Assembly: GCA_029287435.1 (NCBI GenBank)
Contig: JARFRD010000118.1
Coordinates: forward strand, 1 to 48,853
Origin: Gammaproteobacteria bacterium
GTDB lineage: Bacteria > Pseudomonadota > Gammaproteobacteria > SZUA-229
Direction: 5' to 3'
DNA length: 48,853 nt
The notes under the pieces are model-generated. The model had not been told where the DNA came from. It ran no database searches and worked only from the letters and a program-made list of their open reading frames with translations. The position numbers and the translations under genes are program-made. This document shows positions 17,930 through 28,214 of the stretch, piece after piece (the first letter of the stretch is position 1; every line of letters begins with the position of its first letter).

Positions 17930-19993
17930 ATGAGCGCTGATAAGAAAAAATCATCGGTATTACGGGTGGTCAGCAGGCCGCTGCTATTACTGGCTGTGCT
18001 GTTGTTCATATCCATCTTCGTGATGCTTGGTAGCTTGCTTTATGTAGGTAACAAGCGAGCAGACCAGCAGAGGCATGTGGAACTTGCTTCAGAGCAGTTG
18101 CTTTTGTCACAGCAGATGGCAACCAATGCACTCGGCGCTTCTTCCGGTCAGGAAGCAGACTTTGCTTCCCTGCTTGATGGGCGTATGCGTTTTGAGGAAA
18201 TTCTGGGTATTTACCGTTCGGGTGATGCCTTCACAAAAACGCCGCCATTACATAAGCAGTTACACGAGCCCCTGGAAAACGTTGAATCTATCTGGCGTAA
18301 CTTTAATAATGATATTTCGATCATTCTTAAAGGCAGGAAACCGATTGCCGAAGTGCAGGAACTGTACAACGTAATCGACTCCTTCATTCCACAGTTGTTG
18401 ACGTTTTCTGATGAAGTTGTAGGTGTATTGATGAAAAAAGGTGCATCACAACGCCAGATTTACCTCGCTAGTCGCCAGATGATGTTGTCACAACGTATTA
18501 AAAACAACCTGAACCAGGTCCTGGTCGGTGGTGAGCAGGCTGCGGCTGCGGCTGACCGCTTCGGTCGAGATGCTGCGCTGTTCGGCCGTGTACTCGAAGG
18601 CTTGCTCAAGGGTTCGAAGACACTCAAGATCGAAAAAGTAACCGATAAGGAAGCGGTCGCCAAGCTGCGTGAAGTGGCAATGTTGATCAGTGCAGTAAGC
18701 GACAACATCGCGGGTATTCTTGAACTCTCGCCTGAACTGTTCGAGGTTAAAGATGCTGCGAGCCAGGTAACCGGTGAATCTGCAAGATTGCTTGAAGGGC
18801 TCGAGATACTGCAGGGACAAATTACTGCACAGACCAAACAGCTCGATATGATCCAGCTTATTGGTGTGGCATTTGGCGCCCTCGCGGTAGTACTGATTAT
18901 TCTTAGCGGTATCCTGATGTTGCGTGATGCGAAAGCACGTGAGGAAGAGGCGTTGGAAAATAACCGTCGAAACCAGCGCGCGATTTTGCGCTTGCTTGAC
19001 GAGATGGCAAACCTTGCGGATGGTGACCTTACTGTTCACACAACCGTGACCGAAGAAATTACCGGTGCGATTGCTGACTCGGTGAACTTCGCGATCGACG
19101 CATTGCGCACACTGGTAACCACCATTAACTCAACCTCAACCGAGGTAACATCATCTACCTCTAATGCTCAGAACACAGCGACATCGCTAGCTGAAGCGAG
19201 TAATCACCAGGCACGAGAAATTGCATCGGCAAGTGCTGCGATTACGGATATGGCCGAATCGATGGAGAGTGTGACCAAGGAAGCAGCCAAGTCGGCAGAG
19301 GTAGCGCTGCAGTCGATGGAGATTGCGCAGAAAGGTGCGGGCGTTGTACGTGAAACCATTTCCAGTATGGATGGTATTCGCGAAACGATTCAGGAAACAT
19401 CCAAGCGTATTAAGCGACTCGGTGAGTCTTCCCAGGAAATTGGTGATATCGTGGGACTGATTACTGAAATTGCGGACCAGACGAACATTCTGGCTTTGAA
19501 TGCTGCGATCCAGGCGTCAACCGCCGGTGACGCAGGTCGAGGCTTTGCGGTGGTAGCGGACGAAGTGCAACGACTTGCAGAACGTGCCGGTAACGCAACC
19601 AAGCAGATTGAGACGCTGGTGAATACGATTCAGGCGGATACCAACGAAGCGATCACTTCCATGGAAGTCAGTACCTCTGGTGTGGTCGGTGGAGCCAAGC
19701 TGGCGGAAAAAGCGGGTGAGGCGCTGCATGAAATTGAATCGGTATCAACAAATCTCGCGAACCTGATTCAGGGTATTTCGGAATCAGCGAAAGAGCAGTC
19801 TGCAGTTGCGAATAGTGTATCTAATACGATGAATATTATTCAGGAAATTACTCTGCAGACATCTGAAGGTACGGAACAGACATCCAAGTCACTGACTGCG
19901 TTGAACGAACTGTCTAATGAGCTGCAGAGATCTGTATCCGGCTTTAAGCTGCCTTCCGAAGGTGGTGCAGAAACCGTCGTTCTTGATAGTTAA
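17930..19993 (+). CDS. pilJ: Methyl-accepting chemotaxis protein PilJ
   Basis: Two TMs, NQRAILRLLDEM, signalling domain IADQTNILALNAAIQA...GRGFAVVADEVQRLAE. Confidence 0.95.
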   Translation: MSADKKKSSVLRVVSRPLLLLAVLLFISIFVMLGSLLYVGNKRADQQRHVELASEQLLLSQQMATNALGASSGQEADFASLLDGRMRFEEILGIYRSGDAFTKTPPLHKQLHEPLENVESIWRNFNNDISIILKGRKPIAEVQELYNVIDSFIPQLLTFSDEVVGVLMKKGASQRQIYLASRQMMLSQRIKNNLNQVLVGGEQAAAAADRFGRDAALFGRVLEGLLKGSKTLKIEKVTDKEAVAKLREVAMLISAVSDNIAGILELSPELFEVKDAASQVTGESARLLEGLEILQGQITAQTKQLDMIQLIGVAFGALAVVLIILSGILMLRDAKAREEEALENNRRNQRAILRLLDEMANLADGDLTVHTTVTEEITGAIADSVNFAIDALRTLVTTINSTSTEVTSSTSNAQNTATSLAEASNHQAREIASASAAITDMAESMESVTKEAAKSAEVALQSMEIAQKGAGVVRETISSMDGIRETIQETSKRIKRLGESSQEIGDIVGLITEIADQTNILALNAAIQASTAGDAGRGFAVVADEVQRLAERAGNATKQIETLVNTIQADTNEAITSMEVSTSGVVGGAKLAEKAGEALHEIESVSTNLANLIQGISESAKEQSAVANSVSNTMNIIQEITLQTSEGTEQTSKSLTALNELSNELQRSVSGFKLPSEGGAETVVLDS

Positions 19994-20041
19994 GATTAAA
20001 AGTCTAAAGGCTTGCCGGTCGATAGTGCAGGTAATCTATAA

Positions 20042-23000
20042 ATGAAGCCACATGGTACAGTTGAATATAATTCCCTGAGCTGGGTTAAACAGCAGCTAGA
20101 TGCTGTTTTAACTGAAGCGCAGACATCCCTTTCAGAGTATATCGAAAAGAAAGATGACTCTGACTTGCATGATTGCATTAATGGTTTACACCTTGCTTAT
20201 GGCACATTGCAGATGGTTGAAGTATTCGGTGCAGCAATGCTTGCCGAAGAGATGGAGCAAACTGCAAAAGCCATTCTCGATGATCAAATAGACAATATCG
20301 ATGATGTCTTCGATGTGTTGATGCGTGCCATGCTGCAGCTGCCTGATTACCTTGAGGGTTTGCAATCAGGCAACAAAGATACACCGATGGCGCTGCTGCC
20401 GTTGATGAATGATTTGCGTGCTGTACGTAAAGCAAGCCTGTTGTCTGAAAACGTTCTGTTCTTTCCTGATATCGAAGCAGTCAATGTCGAAGAACAGGAA
20501 ATCGAAGCACCTGTACTGGAGTCAGGCAAGCTCTATGGAGAAGCCAAGCGACTTCGCATGCATTACCAGCTGGGTCTGCTGGATGTGCTCAAGAATAACA
20601 AACTCAAACCAGGCTGCCAGCGCATGCTTGCAGTAATAACGGCATTGGAGAAGGTAACTCCGGGCCAGTCTGTAAGGCGCTTCTGGTCAGTTATTGCTGC
20701 ACTGCTTGAAGGCATGTACGAAGGTGGCATAGATTCAGGTGTCAGTGTGAAATTGATACTGGGTGGCGTTGATCGCCAGCTAAAACTGCTGATTGATATT
20801 GGTGAAGATGATTTTGCAGCGCAGTACTCGCAGGAACTGTTAAAGAATATTCTTTACTACATTGGCCACAGCACAACATCCGGTCCTCGTGTTTCCAGAA
20901 TCAAGGAAATTTATAACCTTGATGAACTGCTTACAGCAGATGATGATACAAGTGCCCATATTGGCGGGTTGAATGCCGAGCTGTTTGCGTCAGTATCGCA
21001 GGGTATTAAAGAAGACCTGAACCAGGTCAAGGATGCTCTGGAAATATACGTACATGGCAGTGACAAGAGCACTGAACGCCTGTCGCCGCTGGTAGAACAG
21101 TTAAACCGAATTGGTGATACATACGGCATGCTCGGTCTTGGTGATTCAAGACAGAAAGTGCTTGAGCAGAAAGAAACGCTTGAGGATATTATTTCCTCAG
21201 GCGGAGAAGCTGATAATGAAGCAGTTTTCGCCATTGCCGGCGAGTTGCTCTCTGCCGAAGCAGACCTGGATAACTATATTGCGCATAAATCCGGGATGGC
21301 GGATATCATTGATGAAGACGAGGGTAGTCCCGTTCATGCATCTGCCTATCGTGAAGTTCTGTCTACTGTTATCAAGCAGGGCCTGGAGAACTTTACTGAC
21401 GCGAAAGAAGCCATTCTTTCGTTTACCAGCGGAATTGGTAATCACGAGCAACTGACCACGGTTGTTGAGCTGCTGGAGGAAGTGCGTGGTGTGACACTGA
21501 TGCTGCAAATTCCGCAGGTTGAAAACATGCTGACCCGGTTGACGCAGTACGTGCAGCTTGCATTAATCGAGAACAAGCACCAGCCTGATGCAGATGAGCA
21601 GGACACGGTTGCCGATGTTGTAACCGCGATTGAATACTTCTTTGAATCCATGGCTGAAGGCAGGCCCGGTGTAGAGCAGGGGTTGCGTACCGGCGAAGAG
21701 GCTGTAGACAAGCTTGAGAAGGTTTACAGTTCCTATGAATCCACTATTGCTGTAACTGAAGAATCCGCAGCGACTACTGAAGACGAGATTTCGCTGGAGC
21801 CGGAACAGGTAGAGCTTTCGGGTGAAGACGAAAAAAAGTCTGAAACTAAGATTGTAGACGTCAGTGACGAGACTGTCGCTGAAGAAATACAGGAGCCTGA
21901 GCCAGAACCAGAGCCAGAGCCAGTAGCCGAGGCAGCGCCGGCACCAACGACTGTCGAAACAGTCGCCCATGAAGAATTTGAAATCCTCGGCGATGATGTC
22001 GATGATGAAATCCTTGATATTTTCATCGAAGAAGCTGTCGAAGTCCTCGGTGACTTGAACAGTAATTTACCCGCATGGAAAGCGAATACCGGTGATGATG
22101 AAGCGCTTGCTGTAGTTCGCAGAAGCTTTCATACATTAAAGGGCAGTGGTCGTCTCGTTGGTGCGCAGCTGATCGGTGAATTCTCATGGAAGTTCGAGAA
22201 TATGCTGAATCGCGTCATTGATGGAAAAATTCAAACGGATAGCAGGTTTTTTGAGACGCTGGAAGAAGCGCTGGCAGTTCTGCCGCAACTCATTGAACAA
22301 TTGCGTGGCAATCGTGAACCGGTACCTAACGTTTATCACATGATGGCTGTCGCTGATGCCCTTGCCGAAGGTGAAGAACCACCGGCGATGGCTGCCGCAG
22401 CCGAATCCCATACCGAGGCCCCCGCAGCTGAAACAGCTGAACCCGCAGAAGGGCTGCACATTGAAGAGCAGGCTGAAGAAGCCGTTATCGATATCAGCGA
22501 ACAGACTGCTGAGAATGAACCTTATACCATTGATTTGAACGAGCAGCCTGAAGAACAGGCTGAAAATGAGATCGCCATCGAGTCAATTGAGCCCGAAGCT
22601 GCAGCAGATGAATTCAGTATCGAGTCTCTCGAAGACGCTGAATCCATGCCTGAGCTCCAGGCCGAAGGCGATGAGGTTATGTTGTCAGTTGAGGAGGGTG
22701 CCGATGAAGTCATGCTCTCAACTGAAGATGTCCCTGAAGAATCCGCAGCGACTGCTGAAGACGAAATTTCACTGGAGCCGGAACAGGTAGAGCTCCAGGT
22801 AGAGGCGCTGACAGAAGAAGCATTACAGGTTGAAGAGACTGCCATAGAAGAAGCGGGAGCTGGAGAAGCCGAAACAGGTGAAGCTGTAACTGAAGAGGAA
22901 ATTGGGCTGGCCGAGATTGATGTAACGGAAGATGAGGTTGCATTAAGCGATCAACCTGTTACTGATGAGGTGTCACTAGATCTGGGTGGTGAATTCGATA

Positions 23001-26000
23001 TTCAGATCGATGAGTCTCCTGTGGATGAAGACACTATCCTTGCGGCTGGCATGGACCCGGTGCTGTTCAAGATTTATTACGATGAAAGTATTGGTCATCT
23101 CAATCTGGTACAGGGTTTACTGGATGAAAGCAGCCAGGGTTCAAAACCCTTAACAGCCAGTAATGACCTGGTGCGAGCATTCCATACCCTGTATGGCAGC
23201 GCGCGTACTGCAGAGATTGATGCTATTGCCGAGATTTGCGGTGTAGCAGAGAAGTATGTCAAAGCACGCCAGGAAGCAAATGATATTTCGATTAATGATC
23301 ATGTTGCAGCACTTATTTCTGAAGTCGTAGAAAAAGTACGTGCCATGTTAAATGGCATCAAGTCAGGCCAGATGCCAGGATCTGACAAATCGCTGACTGA
23401 CAGGTTGAATAAAGCTTTGCAGTCTGAGCTTCAGAATCAGCTGCAGATGTCTTCACGGTCTGGTCATGAAGCATCGGCGACAGCAGATGAAATCGACATC
23501 GAGGAAATGGCGCCTGCGCCATCTGCTACAGCAGCAACAGAAATTTCTTACGGCGAAATCGACGATGATCTGATTGATATTTTCATCGAAGAGGCTGATG
23601 AGCTCATCGAAAGCTGCGAAGAACTGCTGCAAACGATTACTTCAAGTCCAAACGATGAGGACAGTATCCACCAGTTGCAAAGGTATATGCATACCCTGAA
23701 AGGTGGTGCTCGCATGGCAGAGCTGACACCGATCGGCGATTTAACACACTTGCTTGAATCACTGGTTATCAAAGTTGCTGAAAAACAGGTTGATACCAAC
23801 AAATTCCTGTTTAATTGCCTGAATGATTCCATTGACCGCCTTGCGGTTATGCTCAAGAACGTCAAGGACCGTGCTGCGATTGAATCTGCCGGCGATCTGA
23901 CAGCTAACATCGAATCTCTCATTGCCGGTGTCGTACCCGAGCAACGAGCTGTTGAAAGATATGATCTGGATCTTGATGATCTCAGTGGTGCTGAAGAAGA
24001 ACAAGAGACAGAAACGGAAGATATTATCGGGCTTGCGCCTGAAGCCGGGCTTGAACCTGAAGTAGAAGCTGAGGCAGAGGCAGAAGAAATAACAGCGGCC
24101 GCGCAACCGGAAATGCCGGCTGAAGAAGCCGAGCCAGCTGTAGAGCCAGAAGAACAGAATTACGGCCGTCGTGCTACCGATACGGAAGAAAAACCGCACT
24201 GGGGCGAGCGTGCGACTGATGTTAATTTCAAAGAGTCGCAGGAGCAGGTACGCGTCCGTGCCGACTTGCTGAATACACTGGTGAACTCAGCGGGTGAGGT
24301 GAACATTTACCACGCACGTATGGGTAAGCAGATGAGCGACATCGGCTTCAACCTGGCCGAGCTTGAATCGACCGTGGTACGTCTGCAGCAACAGCTGCGT
24401 AACCTCGAAATTGAAACGGAAATTCAGATTCGTTCATCTTTCGAACGAGAATCCGAGCAGTACGATGAGGATTTTGATCCGCTGGAAATGGACAAGTACT
24501 CGACGATTCAGCAGCTGTCACGAAGCCTGACTGAGACGGCGAGTGACGTCGAAAGTATTCGAGAAATTCTGAGTGAAATCGTACGAGATTCAGAAACACT
24601 GCTGCTGCAGGAATCGCGTGTAAGTATTGAATTGCAGGAAGGCCTGATGCGTACACGCATGGTGCGCTTCGGTGGGCTCGGTACTCGCCTGCGCAGAATC
24701 GTACGCCAGACATCTCGCGAACTGGGTAAAGAGGTCGAGCTTGATATTCTTGGTGAAACCAATGAGCTTGATCGAACTATCCTCGATCGCATCGTGGCCC
24801 CGCTTGAGCATATGCTGAGAAACGCGGTTGCACATGGTATTGAAACACCTGAACAGCGCCAGATTATTGGCAAAAAAGAAACCGGTTTAATCACGATTAC
24901 AGTCGACCGCCAGGGTGCAGATGTGCTGCTCAAGGTCCGTGATGATGGTGCCGGCATTAATGCAGATAATGTGCGTGCGAAAGCCATTCAGCAGGGCTTG
25001 ATCGAAGAAGACAGTGAAATCAGCGATCGTGACGTTCTGCAGTTTATTCTGAATTCGGGCTTCAGTACGGCTGACAAGGTAACCCAGGTTGCCGGTCGAG
25101 GTGTAGGCATGGATGTGGTCGATGCCGAACTCAAGCAGCTCGGTGGAACGCTCGAAATTGATACAACTCTGGGCAGAGGAACAGAATTTACTATACGCCT
25201 GCCGCTGACCCTGGCAATTAACCAGGCTCTGCTGGTTAATGCAGGTGAAGATATTTATGCTATCCCGCTGGCCAGTATCGAAGGTGTGGTACGCGTCACT
25301 GGTGCAGAACTGCAGCGATTCTATGACAGTGAACAGCGCATGTATGAGTTCAATAATGTTGAATATGAACTCAAACACCTGGGTGATATGTTAACCGGGC
25401 AGAAGGGGGATTATAGCCAGCAGTATGGCCTGTATCCGGTATTACTTGCACAGGTAGGTGATAAGCACTATGCCCTGCATGTGGATGAACTGGTTGGTCG
25501 TCGTGAGATAGTGGTGAAGCCGGTGGGTATGCAGATAAGTACTGTACGTGGTATTGCTGGTGCAACCATTCTGGCTGACGGTCGCGTTGTCCTGATTATC
25601 GAAATGTCAGCCCTGGTTGTAGGTGATAGTCTGTTCAAGGAAGTTGAAGCACCTGTTATCGGTGAAGTTGAGGAGGCCCCGGCACAAGCTGAAGAAAGAA
25701 CAGTTATGGTTGTTGATGACTCCATTACTATTCGCAAGGTAACAGCACGTATGCTTGAACGTAATGGTATTAACGTGCTGCTTGCCAAAGATGGTATCGA
25801 TGCTACCAACCAGCTGATTGAGAACAAGCCGGACCTGATGCTGCTGGATATCGAAATGCCGAGAATGGATGGTTTTGAGCTGGCAACATATATCAGGAAT
25901 GATGATCGCTTGAAAGATCTGCCGATTATTATGATCACCTCGAGAACAGGTGAAAAGCATAAAGAAAAGGCATTGGAAATTGGTGTGAATCAGTACCTGG

Positions 26001-26059
26001 GTAAACCATACCAGGAGGAAGAGCTGATGAAGAATATCAATGAGATTCTGGAAGCATAA
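20042..26059 (+). CDS. chpA: CheA-like hybrid kinase ChpA/PilL
   Basis: 2005 aa; Hpt motifs FHTLKGSGR, FHTLYGSAR, MHTLKGGAR; HATPase (HMLRNAVAHGIE, DDGAG, GRGVGMDVV); CheW and C-terminal receiver domains. Confidence 0.95.
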   Translation: MKPHGTVEYNSLSWVKQQLDAVLTEAQTSLSEYIEKKDDSDLHDCINGLHLAYGTLQMVEVFGAAMLAEEMEQTAKAILDDQIDNIDDVFDVLMRAMLQLPDYLEGLQSGNKDTPMALLPLMNDLRAVRKASLLSENVLFFPDIEAVNVEEQEIEAPVLESGKLYGEAKRLRMHYQLGLLDVLKNNKLKPGCQRMLAVITALEKVTPGQSVRRFWSVIAALLEGMYEGGIDSGVSVKLILGGVDRQLKLLIDIGEDDFAAQYSQELLKNILYYIGHSTTSGPRVSRIKEIYNLDELLTADDDTSAHIGGLNAELFASVSQGIKEDLNQVKDALEIYVHGSDKSTERLSPLVEQLNRIGDTYGMLGLGDSRQKVLEQKETLEDIISSGGEADNEAVFAIAGELLSAEADLDNYIAHKSGMADIIDEDEGSPVHASAYREVLSTVIKQGLENFTDAKEAILSFTSGIGNHEQLTTVVELLEEVRGVTLMLQIPQVENMLTRLTQYVQLALIENKHQPDADEQDTVADVVTAIEYFFESMAEGRPGVEQGLRTGEEAVDKLEKVYSSYESTIAVTEESAATTEDEISLEPEQVELSGEDEKKSETKIVDVSDETVAEEIQEPEPEPEPEPVAEAAPAPTTVETVAHEEFEILGDDVDDEILDIFIEEAVEVLGDLNSNLPAWKANTGDDEALAVVRRSFHTLKGSGRLVGAQLIGEFSWKFENMLNRVIDGKIQTDSRFFETLEEALAVLPQLIEQLRGNREPVPNVYHMMAVADALAEGEEPPAMAAAAESHTEAPAAETAEPAEGLHIEEQAEEAVIDISEQTAENEPYTIDLNEQPEEQAENEIAIESIEPEAAADEFSIESLEDAESMPELQAEGDEVMLSVEEGADEVMLSTEDVPEESAATAEDEISLEPEQVELQVEALTEEALQVEETAIEEAGAGEAETGEAVTEEEIGLAEIDVTEDEVALSDQPVTDEVSLDLGGEFDIQIDESPVDEDTILAAGMDPVLFKIYYDESIGHLNLVQGLLDESSQGSKPLTASNDLVRAFHTLYGSARTAEIDAIAEICGVAEKYVKARQEANDISINDHVAALISEVVEKVRAMLNGIKSGQMPGSDKSLTDRLNKALQSELQNQLQMSSRSGHEASATADEIDIEEMAPAPSATAATEISYGEIDDDLIDIFIEEADELIESCEELLQTITSSPNDEDSIHQLQRYMHTLKGGARMAELTPIGDLTHLLESLVIKVAEKQVDTNKFLFNCLNDSIDRLAVMLKNVKDRAAIESAGDLTANIESLIAGVVPEQRAVERYDLDLDDLSGAEEEQETETEDIIGLAPEAGLEPEVEAEAEAEEITAAAQPEMPAEEAEPAVEPEEQNYGRRATDTEEKPHWGERATDVNFKESQEQVRVRADLLNTLVNSAGEVNIYHARMGKQMSDIGFNLAELESTVVRLQQQLRNLEIETEIQIRSSFERESEQYDEDFDPLEMDKYSTIQQLSRSLTETASDVESIREILSEIVRDSETLLLQESRVSIELQEGLMRTRMVRFGGLGTRLRRIVRQTSRELGKEVELDILGETNELDRTILDRIVAPLEHMLRNAVAHGIETPEQRQIIGKKETGLITITVDRQGADVLLKVRDDGAGINADNVRAKAIQQGLIEEDSEISDRDVLQFILNSGFSTADKVTQVAGRGVGMDVVDAELKQLGGTLEIDTTLGRGTEFTIRLPLTLAINQALLVNAGEDIYAIPLASIEGVVRVTGAELQRFYDSEQRMYEFNNVEYELKHLGDMLTGQKGDYSQQYGLYPVLLAQVGDKHYALHVDELVGRREIVVKPVGMQISTVRGIAGATILADGRVVLIIEMSALVVGDSLFKEVEAPVIGEVEEAPAQAEERTVMVVDDSITIRKVTARMLERNGINVLLAKDGIDATNQLIENKPDLMLLDIEMPRMDGFELATYIRNDDRLKDLPIIMITSRTGEKHKEKALEIGVNQYLGKPYQEEELMKNINEILEA
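21756..21816 (+). repeat. 61-bp intragenic duplication in chpA, copy 1
   Basis: 58/61 identical to 22734-22794. Confidence 0.9.
22734..22794 (+). repeat. 61-bp intragenic duplication in chpA, copy 2
   Basis: Encodes EESAATAEDEISLEPEQVEL versus EESAATTEDEISLEPEQVEL in copy 1. Confidence 0.9.
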
Positions 26060-26064
26060 TTACC

Positions 26065-26535
26065 ATGGCCAAAAATAAACGCTTGCTAAAAAGCATTATT
26101 CTTACTCTTCGCAACGAACTGGTTGTTGTGCCTAATGCTGCAGTGGCAGAAATCATCTCGGTGCAGAATGTAAAAGGAGTTGAAGATGCACCGGGCTGGA
26201 TGCTGGGCAAGACAACCTGGCGCGGTGTAGAACTGCCGGTTGTGTCATTTGAAGCTGCTGGTGGTGACGATGCGCAGGCGGTGAATATTAATACACAGAT
26301 TGCGGTACTGTATTCAGCAAATACAGATGAAGATAAACAGTATTCATATATCGGACTGGCGATGCATGGTGTACCACACGTCAGCCAGTTTTCACGTGAT
26401 CAGATCAAAACTGATCCTGATGTGAGTGATGATCATCCAATGGTGGCGCAGCGTGTACGTATCAACGGCGCAGCTGCAAGCATTCTGGATATCGTCGCTG
26501 TCGATGATATGTTGCAGCAGGTGGCCATAGCCTGA
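26065..26535 (+). CDS. chpC: CheW-like protein ChpC
   Basis: LVVPNAAVAEII, PGWMLGKTTWRGVELPVVSFE; follows chpA. Confidence 0.88.
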   Translation: MAKNKRLLKSIILTLRNELVVVPNAAVAEIISVQNVKGVEDAPGWMLGKTTWRGVELPVVSFEAAGGDDAQAVNINTQIAVLYSANTDEDKQYSYIGLAMHGVPHVSQFSRDQIKTDPDVSDDHPMVAQRVRINGAAASILDIVAVDDMLQQVAIA

Positions 26536-26562
26536 AGCCCCGGTATTGCAAACCCGGTCAAG

Positions 26563-27291
26563 TTAGCCCAGATCTCCCCACAGTGTTTGTACTGCCGCGA
26601 TGCAGGCAGGGGCAGCAGTCTCTGTTCTGAGTACACGCTCACCCAGTTTTATTCCTGTATACCCTGCATCACACGCGCGCCTGATCTCTTCATCCGATAA
26701 ACCGCCTTCGGGTCCGGACAAAAAAGCCAGCGAATTTATTTCACCCTTGAGTTCACCAAGTCTTGTTGTTGCAGTGGGGTCCAGTACCAGCTTCAATTCA
26801 GAGTCGGTGGTCGTTACAGCGGTATCGAAGTCCGTGATGCTGTGAATAATGGGCACCGTTGTACGACCGCTTTGTTCGCATGCACTGATGGCTATTTGAG
26901 CCCAGCGTCCGGATTTCTTGATGAAGCTGGATTTATTAATGTGCGCGGAGCGTTCGCTGGTAACAGGCAAAATGGTTTTAACACCCAGCTCGGTAGCTTT
27001 CTGTATCGTGGTGTCCATTCTGTCACTGCGCGAGATACACTGGAGCAGGGTGATATTCAGTTGTGATTCGCGGTCGATGTCACAGAAAGCGGTGACTTCA
27101 ACTTCAGCTGCCTTGTTGTTTTCGTTGATCAGTGTTGCCTGGTATTCACCACCTTGTCCGTTAAACAGTACCAGGGGTGTACCTGGTTTACTGCGCAGTA
27201 CGCGTATAAGATGACTGGAAGCCGCAGGGCTCAGTTTAATGTTTGCGCCTTCGCTTAAGTCGCCGTGATGATAAATGCGAGTGACGCGCAA
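26563..27291 (-). CDS. rsmE: 16S rRNA m3U1498 methyltransferase
   Basis: HLIRVLR, QKATELGV, ACEQSGR, GPEGG, LGERVLRTETA. Confidence 0.96.
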   Translation of the reverse strand: MRVTRIYHHGDLSEGANIKLSPAASSHLIRVLRSKPGTPLVLFNGQGGEYQATLINENNKAAEVEVTAFCDIDRESQLNITLLQCISRSDRMDTTIQKATELGVKTILPVTSERSAHINKSSFIKKSGRWAQIAISACEQSGRTTVPIIHSITDFDTAVTTTDSELKLVLDPTATTRLGELKGEINSLAFLSGPEGGLSDEEIRRACDAGYTGIKLGERVLRTETAAPACIAAVQTLWGDLG

Positions 27292-27304
27292 AATCGTAAC
27301 CTGA

Positions 27305-28147
27305 TTAGATTCTTTGCCAGATATCCAGTGTCGCGACTGACTGGTTAAGCGTGTAGAAATGGAGCCCGGGTGCGCCCTGATCCAGCAAGCGCGTGCATAT
27401 ATCTGTTACCACATCTGTACCAAATGCTTTCAGGCTATCCATGTCATCGCCATAGGCTTCCAGTTGTTTACGAATCCAGCGTGGTATTTCAGCGCCGCAG
27501 GTATCCGAGAATCGAACCAGGCCAGTGTAATTTGTAATTGGCATGATGCCAGGTACCACTGGTATATCCAGACCAGCCTGTCCACACTTGTCGATGAACC
27601 TGAAATAAGCGTCAGTGTTGTAAAAATACTGGGTAATTGCAGAATTCGCACCCGCTTCAGCTTTACGTTTGAAGTTTTCAAAGTCGGTTGCGGGTGACTG
27701 TGATTCCGGGTGGTATTCGGGATAGGCAGCAACTTCTAAATGAAAATGATCACCGGTTTCCTTGCGGATAAATTCGACCAGTTCATTCGCATGCTTGAAG
27801 TCATTGTTACCAGTGCCTTCTTCAGGAATGTCACCACGCAGCGTTACCAGGCGTTTAACACCCATTTGAATATAGGTATCGAGCAGTTGTTTTATCTGCT
27901 CACTGGTAGAACCGATGCATGAGATATGGGGTGCAATTGCAGCGCCATCTTTACTGAGCTGATCAACTGTTTCGAGTGTGCGGTCGCGCGTGGACCCACC
28001 TGCACCAAACGTAACTGAATAGAATTCAGGCTGCATTTGATCATCCAGTTTCTTACGTACAGCGATGAGTTTTTCCATGCCTTCGTCAGTACGCGGCGGA
28101 AAAAACTCACAGCTGAATATCTTGTTCGATCCTTTCGGTGAACTCAT
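27305..28147 (-). CDS. metF: 5,10-methylenetetrahydrofolate reductase
   Basis: SCEFFPP, SVTFGAGGS, LRGD, AAYPEYHP, ITQYFY, GLHFYTLN. Confidence 0.96.
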   Translation of the reverse strand: MSSPKGSNKIFSCEFFPPRTDEGMEKLIAVRKKLDDQMQPEFYSVTFGAGGSTRDRTLETVDQLSKDGAAIAPHISCIGSTSEQIKQLLDTYIQMGVKRLVTLRGDIPEEGTGNNDFKHANELVEFIRKETGDHFHLEVAAYPEYHPESQSPATDFENFKRKAEAGANSAITQYFYNTDAYFRFIDKCGQAGLDIPVVPGIMPITNYTGLVRFSDTCGAEIPRWIRKQLEAYGDDMDSLKAFGTDVVTDICTRLLDQGAPGLHFYTLNQSVATLDIWQRI

Positions 28148-28168
28148 TATTTAATCTTCTGATTTATG

Positions 28169-28208
28169 TCCCGGGTACAACCACAGTTACATGTGATTGT
28201 ACCCGGGA
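28169..28208. other. Strong intergenic hairpin between ahcY and metF
   Basis: TCCCGGGTACAACCACA-gttaca-TGTGATTGTACCCGGGA; 17-bp stem with one mismatch, no U-tract. Confidence 0.7.
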
Positions 28209-28214
28209 AGGCTG

